Assembly: GCA_964439935.1 (NCBI GenBank) | Contig: CAYTPW010000003.1 | Span: 16,743 to 80,742 of the forward strand | DNA: 64,000 nucleotides | Direction of reading: 5' to 3' | Source of the DNA: an uncultured bacterium | GTDB taxonomy: Bacteria > Fidelibacterota > Marinisomatia > Marinisomatales > TCS56 | Shown: piece by piece, positions 48,754-58,603 of the stretch | Layout of the letters: each line of letters begins with the position of its first letter | Position numbering within the stretch: position 1 is the first letter of the stretch | Position numbers and translations under genes: made by a program | The notes under the pieces: model-generated | Told to the model about the DNA's origin: nothing | The model's database searches: none | The model's input: the letters and a program-made list of their open reading frames with translations, nothing else

Positions 48754-48859
48754 AAATCAATGTGTTGGATCGTATCATCTGTTTGGCTACGACTAAGTAC
48801 TTTGAATTCCGGATTACTACCAATAATTCCAAAGAATATTCTAACTGGAGAACTTTGAG

Positions 48860-51800
48860 ATGAAATCACTTTTCCGCTTTTTCGCTGAGCGCCATATGCT
48901 GGCTTACATAATCACGATACTGATTCTGCTGCTGGGATTGAGTACGCTGATCGATATTAAGCGTGATGTGTATCCGGCCGTTGACTTTGGTATGGTGCGA
49001 ATCCTGACCCGTTATCCTGGTGCTTCACCGGAGGATGTTGAGTTAAACGTCACCAATAGGATTGAAAAAGAAATCCAGACCGTTACCGGGATTGCAGGCT
49101 TTTCCTCGGTGTCAATGGAAAATGTTTCCGTAATCTATGTATCAATTGATATCGATGCCAAAGATCTGGATAAGGTAAAAAACGAGATCCGGGAAGCGGT
49201 TGGCAGTGTTACTGATTTCCCCCCGGAAGTAACCGAGTCCCCGGCAATTTGGGAAATGACGCACCAATCGGCCAATCATGTTATCGAGGTTGGTGTGACC
49301 GGTCAATTACCGTATAATGAGATGCGTAATTATGCCCACCTGGTTGAAAAGAAATTGAAAAAAGTATCCGGTGTATCGAAACTGGAGAAAGTTGGGTACC
49401 ATGCCCGCGAAATTGAAGTGGAAATTATTCCGGACAAAATAAATGCCTATCAGATTCCAATTCGTGAGATTATCGCAGCTATTCAAAGCAGAAATATAAG
49501 GGGCACCACCGGGTCATTTGAGTCATATACCAGCGAAAAGGATTTGGTCACGCTGGCACAATTTGATGATCCCATGGAAGTCGGTGATGTAATCGTAAGA
49601 TCCACATTTGATGGCCCGGTCATCAAGGTTAAAGATCTGGCAATTATTAAGGATGATTTTGCCGATGTGCGGTTGTTGTCACGGGTGAATGGGAAAGCGG
49701 CGATTTCTTTCCGGGTATTCATGACCGAATCAGCTGATGTAATCCGTACTTGTGATGCTGTTAAAGAATTGATTCAGAAAGAGAATGAGACCGCTCCCGC
49801 AGGTATTGAAATCATGTATTCCAATGATAGCTCTCATTATATTAAGAATAGTTTTGATGTAGTCTTAAATAATGGTTGGATGGGCTTGGTATTAGTTGTG
49901 GTTTTATTACCGATATTTCTGAATTTTCGTACGTCTTTCTGGGTGGCAATGGGAATTCCTATTACATTTTTAGGTACCATTTTTTTGCTGCCATCTTTCA
50001 ATGGTTACTTGGATACAATCACCCTGTCCGGGATGATATTGGTCATTGGCATAATCGTTGATGATGCAATAATCATCGCTGAGAATATTTCCAAGCGACG
50101 CGAACAGGGAGACGATCCAATAGATGCTGCCGTAAATGGCTTAAATGAAGTATTCAAACCGGTTGTAACGACGGTTTTTACTACCTTTTTAGTTTTCGCA
50201 CCGATGTTTTTTATGCCTGGAGTTTTTGGGAAATATATAATTCCAATTCCACTGGCATTAAGCATAGCATTATTTGTTTCGCTAATTGAATCGGTTTTTG
50301 TTTTACCTGCTCACTTGGCACATGGAATGAAAAAAAGAGCGGTCAAGTCAACCGGCAGAAACTGGTTTCGAAAATTGAGCGGTAAATATCAGAAAATTAT
50401 GCCACGGATCCTGAAATTACGCTATGCTTTTGTTGTAGTATTCATAGTATTTCTGGTTGGTTCATTTTGGTACGCCGGTAAATATATGAAAATGATAATG
50501 TTTCCTTCCGGTATGGCCCGCGAATTTTATGTAATGGTAGAATTACCGGTCGGGACTCCGTTATTGACAACATCTGATAAAGTCAAGGAGCTCGAAGAAC
50601 TGGTTGCGGAACTTCCGAGGGAGGAATTGGCATCGTTCAACACCTGGATTGGAACCAATGTTCAGGTGGGGGTCGAAAGTGAGAATTTTGCGGCAACGGC
50701 TGTTTTACTTACTGACTATACTGATCGAGAACGAAGTGCTGAAGAAATTGTAGATGCATTGAGATTAAAAACAGACCAGCTGGAAGGATTTACTCAAATA
50801 GCCTATTCTATTTCCAGTGGTGGCCCACCGGTCGGTAAACCGATCAGTTTGCGTATCACCGGTTCTGATGACGAATTACGCACTGCCTTAACAGACAGTG
50901 TGGAAGCTTTCCTGGGCACAATTAGCGGAGTAAAGGATATCAGCCGCGATGACATCAGCGGCAAGGATCAGGTTAAAATTGATATCGATTATGACCGTCT
51001 GGCCCGGCTGGGTCTCACTGTAGCCGATGTGGCGGTGAATGTTCGTTTGGCCTACGATGGTGAAGTGGTTACCAGCGTCCGCTATGGTGATGAAGATGTT
51101 GCCTTCCGCGTTATCGTTGAAGAAGAATCCCGCCAGCGCCTCAGTTTTTTGGATGAGATTCTGATTCCCAATCGCCAGGGACGTTTGATACCTTTGAAGG
51201 AGATTGCCAGCCTGGAACCTGGTCCGGGTAAATCTGATTTTAGGCACTATGACGGTGATCGATCGGTAACCATCGAAGCCGATGTAGATCAGGAAACTAT
51301 CACCCCACTCGAAGTGAATAACGCCGTTTTTGCACATTTCGATGTTGATCGCGACTGGCCTGGTATTCAATTGGGAGTTGGTGGAGAAGTCTTCGAAACC
51401 GAAAAATCGATGGCCGGACTATTCAGGACGATGATAATCGCTTTACTCGGCGTCTTTTTCCTGCTGATCCTGTTATTCAACTCCCTTACCCAACCTTTCC
51501 TGGTAATGATGGCCATTCCGTTTGGAATTACCGGTGTAATAATTGCCTTTGCCCTGCATGGTGAACCATTCAGCTTCATGGGTATTATGGGAATTATTGG
51601 CCTGTCTGGAGTTGTGGTAAATGATTCCCTGGTTTTAGTAAGTCATGTCAATGATCTTAAACGGGAGCGGCGAGGTGTCGATATCCGGGATATAATTTCC
51701 GAAGGCACAGCCGACCGACTTCGGGCGATTATAATGACCACCTTAACTACTGTGGCAGCCTTATTACCACTGGCTTATGGTATTGGCGGAAACGCGCTGT

Positions 51801-51928
51801 TCATGGCGCCAATGGCATTGTCGCTGGGTTGGGGTTTATTATTTGCAACTCCGCTTACTTTGGTACTGTTGCCCTGCATGTATATGATCGGGCAGGATAT
51901 TCACAGATTATTCAATAGAAAAAAATAG
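48860..51928 (+). CDS. RND-superfamily efflux permease (AcrB-like), copy 2, paralog of 44904..47999
   Basis: 1022 aa. Collinear with copy 1 from MKS(F/L)FRFFAERHMLA to the C-terminus. Shares RYPGASPEDVELNVTN, GIIVDDAIII and VVNDSLVL. Confidence 0.92.
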   Translation: MKSLFRFFAERHMLAYIITILILLLGLSTLIDIKRDVYPAVDFGMVRILTRYPGASPEDVELNVTNRIEKEIQTVTGIAGFSSVSMENVSVIYVSIDIDAKDLDKVKNEIREAVGSVTDFPPEVTESPAIWEMTHQSANHVIEVGVTGQLPYNEMRNYAHLVEKKLKKVSGVSKLEKVGYHAREIEVEIIPDKINAYQIPIREIIAAIQSRNIRGTTGSFESYTSEKDLVTLAQFDDPMEVGDVIVRSTFDGPVIKVKDLAIIKDDFADVRLLSRVNGKAAISFRVFMTESADVIRTCDAVKELIQKENETAPAGIEIMYSNDSSHYIKNSFDVVLNNGWMGLVLVVVLLPIFLNFRTSFWVAMGIPITFLGTIFLLPSFNGYLDTITLSGMILVIGIIVDDAIIIAENISKRREQGDDPIDAAVNGLNEVFKPVVTTVFTTFLVFAPMFFMPGVFGKYIIPIPLALSIALFVSLIESVFVLPAHLAHGMKKRAVKSTGRNWFRKLSGKYQKIMPRILKLRYAFVVVFIVFLVGSFWYAGKYMKMIMFPSGMAREFYVMVELPVGTPLLTTSDKVKELEELVAELPREELASFNTWIGTNVQVGVESENFAATAVLLTDYTDRERSAEEIVDALRLKTDQLEGFTQIAYSISSGGPPVGKPISLRITGSDDELRTALTDSVEAFLGTISGVKDISRDDISGKDQVKIDIDYDRLARLGLTVADVAVNVRLAYDGEVVTSVRYGDEDVAFRVIVEEESRQRLSFLDEILIPNRQGRLIPLKEIASLEPGPGKSDFRHYDGDRSVTIEADVDQETITPLEVNNAVFAHFDVDRDWPGIQLGVGGEVFETEKSMAGLFRTMIIALLGVFFLLILLFNSLTQPFLVMMAIPFGITGVIIAFALHGEPFSFMGIMGIIGLSGVVVNDSLVLVSHVNDLKRERRGVDIRDIISEGTADRLRAIIMTTLTTVAALLPLAYGIGGNALFMAPMALSLGWGLLFATPLTLVLLPCMYMIGQDIHRLFNRKK

Positions 51929-51958
51929 TGAGATACTATAGAGCAAAGGACCAATATA

Positions 51959-52879
51959 ATGGATAAAAATACTCTAGTTGAATTAAACATCCGAAAGTAT
52001 GTTACAATTATCTTGTTTACTGGATTGATTACGACAGGACTTGCTCAGCAGGTGGTGGGATTATCAGTCGGTTATAATGAATTCCCCTTTGTAAGACTTG
52101 CCGATCCTGTTTCTGGGGCTGAGGATATGGAGATTCAGACGCAGGTCAAAACGGTTGGTGCCGCATTCCCATTGATGTTTCAGGATGGGAAAATCATGAT
52201 TCTAAATCAACTGAGTTACCGGAATGTGGCATTTCAATACAAAAACCTTGGTTCGGAAGCTGATATTGCATATAATTTAGATCGTGCTATCTCAATTAAT
52301 TACACCGCCTTTATGCTGGATTCACTGTCAGAAAAGTGGACGATGGTGGCTGTACTCATTCCAGGATTGGCGTCTGATTTTAAAGCCGATAAGCTAACTG
52401 GTGATGATTTTACCCTGCAGGCTATTTTCGGATATATCCGAAAATACAGCAAACAATTTCAACTGGGGCTTGGCTTAGCATACATGCGTGATTTTGGCCG
52501 ACCGTTACCAATGCCATTCATTTATTTTGACTGGAATAATGGCGCTAAACTCAGTGCAAGTGGTCTGGTCCCTATGGACATGACAGCAGTATACAAATTG
52601 CATCCTATGATTGATTTAATGTTGGCGTTTAGAGTTTTTGGAGACCGACATCACGGTGATCCAGATATATTCAGTGTTGATAACCCACAATTGGAATATT
52701 CGGAAGGTACTTTAAGTCCCAGTGTCAATATCCACGTGAAACAATGGCTGCATATTGGTTTTGAAGCCGGCTATGCGGCCTATAGAAATTTACGGTTTCT
52801 TGATGGTGATGAAGAAGCTGGTTCGTACGATTTGGAAAAAACCGCCTATTATCGTGTAAATCTAGTATTGGGAATCTGA
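51959..52879 (+). CDS. putative outer-membrane beta-barrel protein
   Basis: Signal-like N-terminus ...TGLAQQ. Alternating aromatic/aliphatic strand pattern throughout (LGLGLAYMRDF, LMLAFRVFG, YYRVNLVLGI). No family named with certainty. Confidence 0.5.
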   Translation: MDKNTLVELNIRKYVTIILFTGLITTGLAQQVVGLSVGYNEFPFVRLADPVSGAEDMEIQTQVKTVGAAFPLMFQDGKIMILNQLSYRNVAFQYKNLGSEADIAYNLDRAISINYTAFMLDSLSEKWTMVAVLIPGLASDFKADKLTGDDFTLQAIFGYIRKYSKQFQLGLGLAYMRDFGRPLPMPFIYFDWNNGAKLSASGLVPMDMTAVYKLHPMIDLMLAFRVFGDRHHGDPDIFSVDNPQLEYSEGTLSPSVNIHVKQWLHIGFEAGYAAYRNLRFLDGDEEAGSYDLEKTAYYRVNLVLGI

Positions 52880-52907
52880 TTTTGAATGCTGTGAAGGTCG
52901 ATGATAT

Positions 52908-52936
52908 TTGACTTGGTACTACTTCATAAATAAATA
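52908..52936 (+). promoter_or_regulatory. candidate sigma70-like promoter, would give a near-leaderless transcript
   Basis: TTGACT (52908-52913), 17-nt spacer, TAAATA (52931-52936). The ATG lies at 52946. Pattern match only. Confidence 0.3.
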
Positions 52937-52945
52937 TATCGCACG

Positions 52946-55393
52946 ATGTTTGACAAATATATTAAAATCCTGAGTGTTCTAATATTTAGTACAATGCTGT
53001 TTTCACAGTTTGTGGCCGCTGAAAACGAACGGCCGAAGATTGGCTTGGTATTATCGGGTGGGGGTGCGCGCGGATTAGCCCATGTGGGAATCCTGAACAT
53101 GATCGATTCGCTTAAAATCCCGATCGATTTTGTCGTTGGAACTAGCATGGGCGGCATTGCCGGTGCCCTGTACGCTATTGGGTACAGTGGCAAAGAGATT
53201 GAAGAACTGGCCCTTCGCAATGATTGGTTGGAATTATTTTCTGATGTACCTCCCCGGGATATGTTGCCCTATATCGAGAAAAAGGATGATGGGAAATTCC
53301 AGTTGGAATTTGATGTGGTTGACTATCGACCGGTTCCACCCAGTGGCCTGATTCGTGGCCAGAAAATCTCGCTGCAGTTTTCAAAATTGACCTATGCCTA
53401 TGAACATATTGCCGATTTCGATCAATTTCCAATTCCATACCGTTGTGTGGCGGTGGATCTTATTACCGGCGCTGAAATCGTGATTAAGAGTGGATCCCTG
53501 GCGAAAGCCATGCGATCGACAATGTCGATTCCGACCATATTTAATCCGGTTGACTGGGGCGAACATATGCTGATTGACGGCGGTTTATTAAATAATCTGC
53601 CAATCGATGTGGCTGTGGAAATGGGTGCCGATTATATAATCGCCGTTAATGTCGGACGGCCCAAGCGGCAACGCCATGAATTAAAGACTTTACTGGAAAT
53701 TTTGGAACAAACAATTGCAATCCCGGAATACATCCGCGAGGAAGAAAATGCACCGCTGGCCGACATACTGATTACTCCCCAGTTAGAGGATTTGAGCCCG
53801 GCTGATTTCAGCAGAAAAAATATCAGTGAAGTCGTTCATCGAGGTAAAATAAGTGCTAAGGCTAATCTTGATAAATTGATCGAATTGAAAAATAAATTGA
53901 CAGCAATTGAGTCCGAAGCTAGTACTTCTTCGCCTGATTCAAGCCCTAGAATTTATGGTGTTACAATTGGTGGAAATACCTCCTTACCATTTGCTTATAT
54001 TTATGATTTATTGAATGTCAAACCCGGTGACCAATTCGATCTCATATCTATTGAGAATCGTGTTCAAGAGATGTATAAAACTGGCTATTTTGAAAAAATC
54101 AATTATGAAGCGCAGCCAGTTGATTTAAATTTTGTGCGCCTTTTCTTTCGTATAAAAGAGCAGCAAAAACCGGTCATTCATGGAATTACGATCTCTGGAA
54201 ATGAGCTATTGTCATTCAATTTTATATACTCATTATTGGGAATCGCTCCCCTTGATTTGTTTGATACGGAAGTCGTGGAAAAACGGATTACCGAATTGTA
54301 CAGTCTGGGATATTTTGAAACGATCAATTATGAAATAGAATCCGTCTCTAAGGACAGCATTCGTTTAAACATTAATGTTCATGAACGATCGTACAACCGT
54401 CTGCGTCTAGGCTTGCGTTATGATCGCAATGTCAATCTGGTGGGTATAATCGGTTTTTTTGGTAATAATATTTTTTTTCCGGGGCTGCGGCTGGAGCAAA
54501 CTATACAATTTGCTGGCTTATCTAAGTGGAATACCAAACTGTATTTTCCATCCCGTACACTCGATCTGGCAGTTTATCCCTTTATTCGATTCGAGTATGT
54601 TGATGAGCCAGTTAATATCTTCAGTCAAGGACAGCAAATTGCTTTATACAAAGCGCAGTCAACCACCGGGGGTGCTGGTCTTGGATTTTTACCTCTGAAA
54701 TCCTGGAATACCGAAATTGAATATATCCAGGAACACGTTGATGTTTTTCCTGCGATTGGGGAAAGTGATTCTCTGCCAGTCTGGGATGAAAAAAATCGGA
54801 GATTGAATCTAAAAGCCCAAATTGACTGGCTCGACGATGTTTTAATTCCGCGAAAAGGATTTCTATTGAATTTGGGCTATGAATACACTCCACAAGGAAT
54901 TGGATCAGAAATAATCTACCGCAAGGAAGAAATAGCGCTGGACATTTATTATACAATAAATAAGAGACATACTTTCAGGTTACTGACACAATATGGATAT
55001 TATCATGGCAATTTTTTCAATCTTTATAAATGGTTTTATTTTGGTGGTCCACAGGATTTTGTAGGTATTGACTATAATGAATTTGCTTACTACCGGTCGT
55101 CATTTTATCGTTTCGATTACCGGTATCAGGGAGCGAATCCATTCTTCTTAAAATTCATTTTCAACTTCGCGCCCAATTACGATGGTGAATTTTATCCATT
55201 AGAAATAGATAGGAAATTTGATACTGGCTACATTTGGTTTGACAGAGGTTTGATCGGTTATGGAATTGGATTTATTATACTGACACCAATCGGTCCATTG
55301 GAAATGATCTATAGTCGCGGGAGCGAGATTATATCTGAATCCAAAAACGCCATGCAAAACCACTTATATTTCACTTTCGGATATAAGTTTTAA
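52946..55393 (+). CDS. patatin-like phospholipase fused to POTRA repeats and an Omp85-type beta-barrel (PlpD/type Vd-like architecture)
   Basis: Signal peptide. Patatin motifs GGGARG, GTSMGG and IDGG. Two POTRA-like units (IYGVTIGGNTSLPFAYIYDLLNVKPGDQFD...YFEKINYE; IHGITISGNELLSFNFIYSLLGIAPLDLFD...YFETINYE). C-terminal barrel ending in the OMP signature YFTFGYKF. Confidence 0.85.
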   Translation: MFDKYIKILSVLIFSTMLFSQFVAAENERPKIGLVLSGGGARGLAHVGILNMIDSLKIPIDFVVGTSMGGIAGALYAIGYSGKEIEELALRNDWLELFSDVPPRDMLPYIEKKDDGKFQLEFDVVDYRPVPPSGLIRGQKISLQFSKLTYAYEHIADFDQFPIPYRCVAVDLITGAEIVIKSGSLAKAMRSTMSIPTIFNPVDWGEHMLIDGGLLNNLPIDVAVEMGADYIIAVNVGRPKRQRHELKTLLEILEQTIAIPEYIREEENAPLADILITPQLEDLSPADFSRKNISEVVHRGKISAKANLDKLIELKNKLTAIESEASTSSPDSSPRIYGVTIGGNTSLPFAYIYDLLNVKPGDQFDLISIENRVQEMYKTGYFEKINYEAQPVDLNFVRLFFRIKEQQKPVIHGITISGNELLSFNFIYSLLGIAPLDLFDTEVVEKRITELYSLGYFETINYEIESVSKDSIRLNINVHERSYNRLRLGLRYDRNVNLVGIIGFFGNNIFFPGLRLEQTIQFAGLSKWNTKLYFPSRTLDLAVYPFIRFEYVDEPVNIFSQGQQIALYKAQSTTGGAGLGFLPLKSWNTEIEYIQEHVDVFPAIGESDSLPVWDEKNRRLNLKAQIDWLDDVLIPRKGFLLNLGYEYTPQGIGSEIIYRKEEIALDIYYTINKRHTFRLLTQYGYYHGNFFNLYKWFYFGGPQDFVGIDYNEFAYYRSSFYRFDYRYQGANPFFLKFIFNFAPNYDGEFYPLEIDRKFDTGYIWFDRGLIGYGIGFIILTPIGPLEMIYSRGSEIISESKNAMQNHLYFTFGYKF

Positions 55394-56299
55394 TTAAACT
55401 TCGAATATACTCCGCTTATATCCCGCCAGTAATATCCAGTCTCCCGAAGATTCTTGTTCGAATCCGGTGAAATATTTCTGATAGACTTGCTTTGTCCGGT
55501 CCGATTGGGTATGTAAGATTCCTGACAAAGCAATTTTACCTCCATCGTTCAGTAGCTCGGAAAATATATGCACCATTTCAAGTAGTGGATTTGCCAGGAT
55601 ATTAGCAACGATCAGATCGAATTTATCAGGTAGCAATTCTTCTGGCAGACCGGTTGGAAAACAGACCTGATTGATCGAAGCATTCTCCAACGCTGCGGCA
55701 TTTGCTTGGGGATCGATATCCACGCCGACGGCCTCTGCGGCACCAAGTTTCAGGGCGGCAATTCCCAGAATACCCGATCCACAACCATAATCGAGGACCT
55801 GCTCACCACCGCTGATTTCCTGGTCCAGCCACTGCAGGCATAATCTGGTAGTGGGGTGAGTACCGCTACCAAAAGCAATCCCCGGATCAAAACGCAAATT
55901 GATTGCCTTCGGGTCCACAATCGATTCCCAGGTTGGGATGATCCACAACCGGTCTGATATTTTCAATGGCTGGGACAGACTGCGGGAACGTTTGACCCAA
56001 TCCCGCTCAGGAATTTGTTCAATTTTGTATTTGAGTTTACTGGGTATTTTGAAATGCAGTCTAACTTTTTCCACTAACAGATCAATTTCTGAATCAAGTG
56101 GCAGCATAGCTGTTACAGATGCTGTATCAGGGATTAGTACTTCCGGTAAACTGGGATCATCAAGCCATTCTTGCTCAGGATGACTATCAAGATCATTATT
56201 AAGGATAGCAACAGATAGCACATTTTGTTCGATCAGAAAATTTGCCAGTTGCCGGGGTGGTAATCCCTGACATTCGAAAATCAAATTGAGCCAGCCCAA
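55394..56299 (-). CDS. prmA: ribosomal protein L11 methyltransferase
   Basis: TTG start giving (M)GWLNLIFE. FGSGTHPTT and the SAM motif LDYGCGSGILGIAALKLGA. Confidence 0.88.
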   Translation of the reverse strand: MGWLNLIFECQGLPPRQLANFLIEQNVLSVAILNNDLDSHPEQEWLDDPSLPEVLIPDTASVTAMLPLDSEIDLLVEKVRLHFKIPSKLKYKIEQIPERDWVKRSRSLSQPLKISDRLWIIPTWESIVDPKAINLRFDPGIAFGSGTHPTTRLCLQWLDQEISGGEQVLDYGCGSGILGIAALKLGAAEAVGVDIDPQANAAALENASINQVCFPTGLPEELLPDKFDLIVANILANPLLEMVHIFSELLNDGGKIALSGILHTQSDRTKQVYQKYFTGFEQESSGDWILLAGYKRSIFEV

Positions 56300-56306
56300 G
56301 GTTGAC

Positions 56307-56606
56307 CTATAAAAACTCGATCTGCTGTGCGATAATCTCAGCCATGCGCCAGTGATCGATTTTATGTATAATTATTTGCAGGGTCTGTTCCAGATGTCGT
56401 TTACTATTACCGATTGCTGCAAAGCCCAGGGTAGCAGTCTGCCATTTTTTGGTGTCGCCAACCTCAGCAACCGAAATATTATAACGAGCACTGATACGCT
56501 CTTTGATACTTTTTATTACTCTACGTCGGTCTTTTAAAGATTGGGCTGCCGGAATGTGCAATTCCAGTGTAAGTACAGCGATGTGCGGTTGTTTTATGAT
56601 TGTCAT
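56307..56606 (-). CDS. DUF503-family protein (YlxP-like)
   Basis: LTLELHIPAAQSLKDRRRVIKSIKERISARYNISVAEVGD is the characteristic DUF503 pattern. 99 aa. Confidence 0.8.
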   Translation of the reverse strand: MTIIKQPHIAVLTLELHIPAAQSLKDRRRVIKSIKERISARYNISVAEVGDTKKWQTATLGFAAIGNSKRHLEQTLQIIIHKIDHWRMAEIIAQQIEFL

Positions 56607-56734
56607 TATTCTATCGTTGTGCCGACTGAATTTGATGAATTCTAATCAATTTACCAAAAATATACCCGGGAACGGATTATCGATAACCACAAATTGCAGT
56701 AAATCCGTATTGATGATCAATTCTAAATTAGAGC

Positions 56735-57658
56735 ATGGAAAATACTAAACCAAAAGCTCGAAAAGATCTGACCACCGAAAAGCAAAATCCATCCTCGCAT
56801 CGTATAGATAAACGTTCGATAACAGAAATTCTGCAAATAATGAATCAGGAGGATCAGTTAATCGCCCATAAAATTCAGAAGGTGATCCCGGCGATCACAG
56901 CCGCGGTTGAACTGGCTGTCAAAGCGATCCAGAATGGCGGACATGTATTTTATATCGGTGCCGGGACCAGCGGTCGGCTGGGCGTGCTTGATGCCTCTGA
57001 GATACCGCCAACTTTTTCCGCTCCCCGCAGCTGGTTCCAGGGTGTAATTGCCGGCGGTCGGGAAGCATTGATAAGATCAATCGAGGGCGCCGAGGATATA
57101 CCTGAAGATGCCGAAAAAGCATTGCAGGAGGTTGGTTTTTGCTCCAAAGATTTGTTAGTTGGTATCGCCAGCAGCAGTGCAACACCTTATGTCGTCCATG
57201 CCCTGCAATGGGCGCGCGGTATCGGCGCTGCTACGGCCTATATTATATGTAATCCCCAACCACTTTTGGATATTGAAGTCGATTCACTGATTGCCGTTGA
57301 TGTGGGACCGGAAATCCTGACTGGCTCCACCAGGCTGAAATCGGGGACAGCCACCAAATTGGTATTAAACATGATATCAACGACTACAATGATCAGAATC
57401 GGGAAGGTGTACGGGAATCTGATGGTTGATCTGGACGCAGTCAACCAAAAGCTGGTTGATCGTGGTTCACGGATCATCAGGCAGTTAACTGGTCTGCCCT
57501 ATGAAAAAGCAAAGGATATGCTATTCGCGGCCGATAAAGAAGTAAAAACAGCGATTGTAATGACCCGCTTGAATTGTGATAAGGATGAAGCACACCAACT
57601 GATAAAAATTAATGATGGCTTCCTGCGGCGCATTATTGGCGATGTGGCGGGGCAGTGA
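56735..57658 (+). CDS. murQ: N-acetylmuramic acid 6-phosphate etherase
   Basis: SIS-domain blocks GAGTSGRLGVLDASEIPPTF, IASSSATPYV and TGSTRLKSGTATKLVLNMIST. Confidence 0.9.
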   Translation: MENTKPKARKDLTTEKQNPSSHRIDKRSITEILQIMNQEDQLIAHKIQKVIPAITAAVELAVKAIQNGGHVFYIGAGTSGRLGVLDASEIPPTFSAPRSWFQGVIAGGREALIRSIEGAEDIPEDAEKALQEVGFCSKDLLVGIASSSATPYVVHALQWARGIGAATAYIICNPQPLLDIEVDSLIAVDVGPEILTGSTRLKSGTATKLVLNMISTTTMIRIGKVYGNLMVDLDAVNQKLVDRGSRIIRQLTGLPYEKAKDMLFAADKEVKTAIVMTRLNCDKDEAHQLIKINDGFLRRIIGDVAGQ

Positions 57659-58380
57659 ATAGAATAATGGAAACAAGTGACAGAATCAAAATTTGTATCG
57701 TGGGAGCATCCGGAAAACTCGGGCAGTACATGGTACAGCACGCGCTGGACCGGGACTATGAGGTGATTGGCGTTTGTCGGGAGCGCAGCATAGGCAAGCT
57801 CGATGTGTTCAAAGGGCGGATCACTATCATTCCAGGAGCAACGAATGATCGTGGTGCCATCAAGAAAGCAGTCGCAGGGTGTAGCGGGGTGCTCACTGTG
57901 CTGATGCCCTGGGGTGTACAGCAGTACTCATCTGGAACAGCGCAGGCGGTGCTTGATCACGCACCGCCTGAGGCACGCCTTGTGTTCTCCTGTGGGTGGC
58001 ACATCACACGCGACGGCAAAGATGTATACTCGCGGACCTTTAAATGGGCTGTAAGTGCCGCCAGCTGGCTTGGGCGACTTTTTCGTGTTGTTGAAATTGA
58101 TGATCAGGTGGAAGCATGCCGACGGGTATTTGACAGCGACACCCGCTGGACGGTCGTGCGCGGGAGTAGCCTCGAAGAGGGTGAGAGTCAGGGCTTACCG
58201 GTGTGGAGTCGTCATGTTGGCGATCCCATCCTCGAAAGCAATATCACGCGCCGAGTGGACTTTGCTCTGTTCATGGTAGCAGCCATGGAGAATGACGAGC
58301 TCATCCACAAGGCTCCGGCTATTGTTGGCTGTCAAACGCCTTCAGCGCTTACACACGCTGTGAACAAAAGAACTTCTTAG
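57655..58380 (+). CDS. NAD(P)-binding Rossmann protein (NmrA/atypical-SDR-like)
   Basis: KICIVGASGKLGQYMVQHAL (GxxGxxG). GTG at 57655 overlaps the murQ stop, and the ATG at 57667 is an alternative. Visibly GC-richer than the surroundings. Confidence 0.7.
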   Translation: MNRIMETSDRIKICIVGASGKLGQYMVQHALDRDYEVIGVCRERSIGKLDVFKGRITIIPGATNDRGAIKKAVAGCSGVLTVLMPWGVQQYSSGTAQAVLDHAPPEARLVFSCGWHITRDGKDVYSRTFKWAVSAASWLGRLFRVVEIDDQVEACRRVFDSDTRWTVVRGSSLEEGESQGLPVWSRHVGDPILESNITRRVDFALFMVAAMENDELIHKAPAIVGCQTPSALTHAVNKRTS

Positions 58381-58603
58381 CCTATTTCTGTACAATGAAG
58401 TTTCATGGTTGTAAACGACAGGGCTTCGTAACTTAAGACTATAGAGTAATAAAAGCGTTTATGTGGTTGCCGTTGCGAGGTTTAGTGTCTGATTAATAGA
58501 TTTACCTATTAAGTTAGCTTTTAGCCGCGTGGTTGCACCGCTAGGTAACAGTGTTACATAGACTCATGAGCCTAAAATCCAAATATGATATGAGGTTTTA
58601 AGA

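Noticed and set aside
55441-55475. GTTCGAATCC string resembling a tRNA T-loop
   Set aside because: The flanking five-nucleotide arms (TCTTG / CCGGT) are not complementary and no acceptor stem can be drawn. It lies inside the well-supported prmA coding frame.
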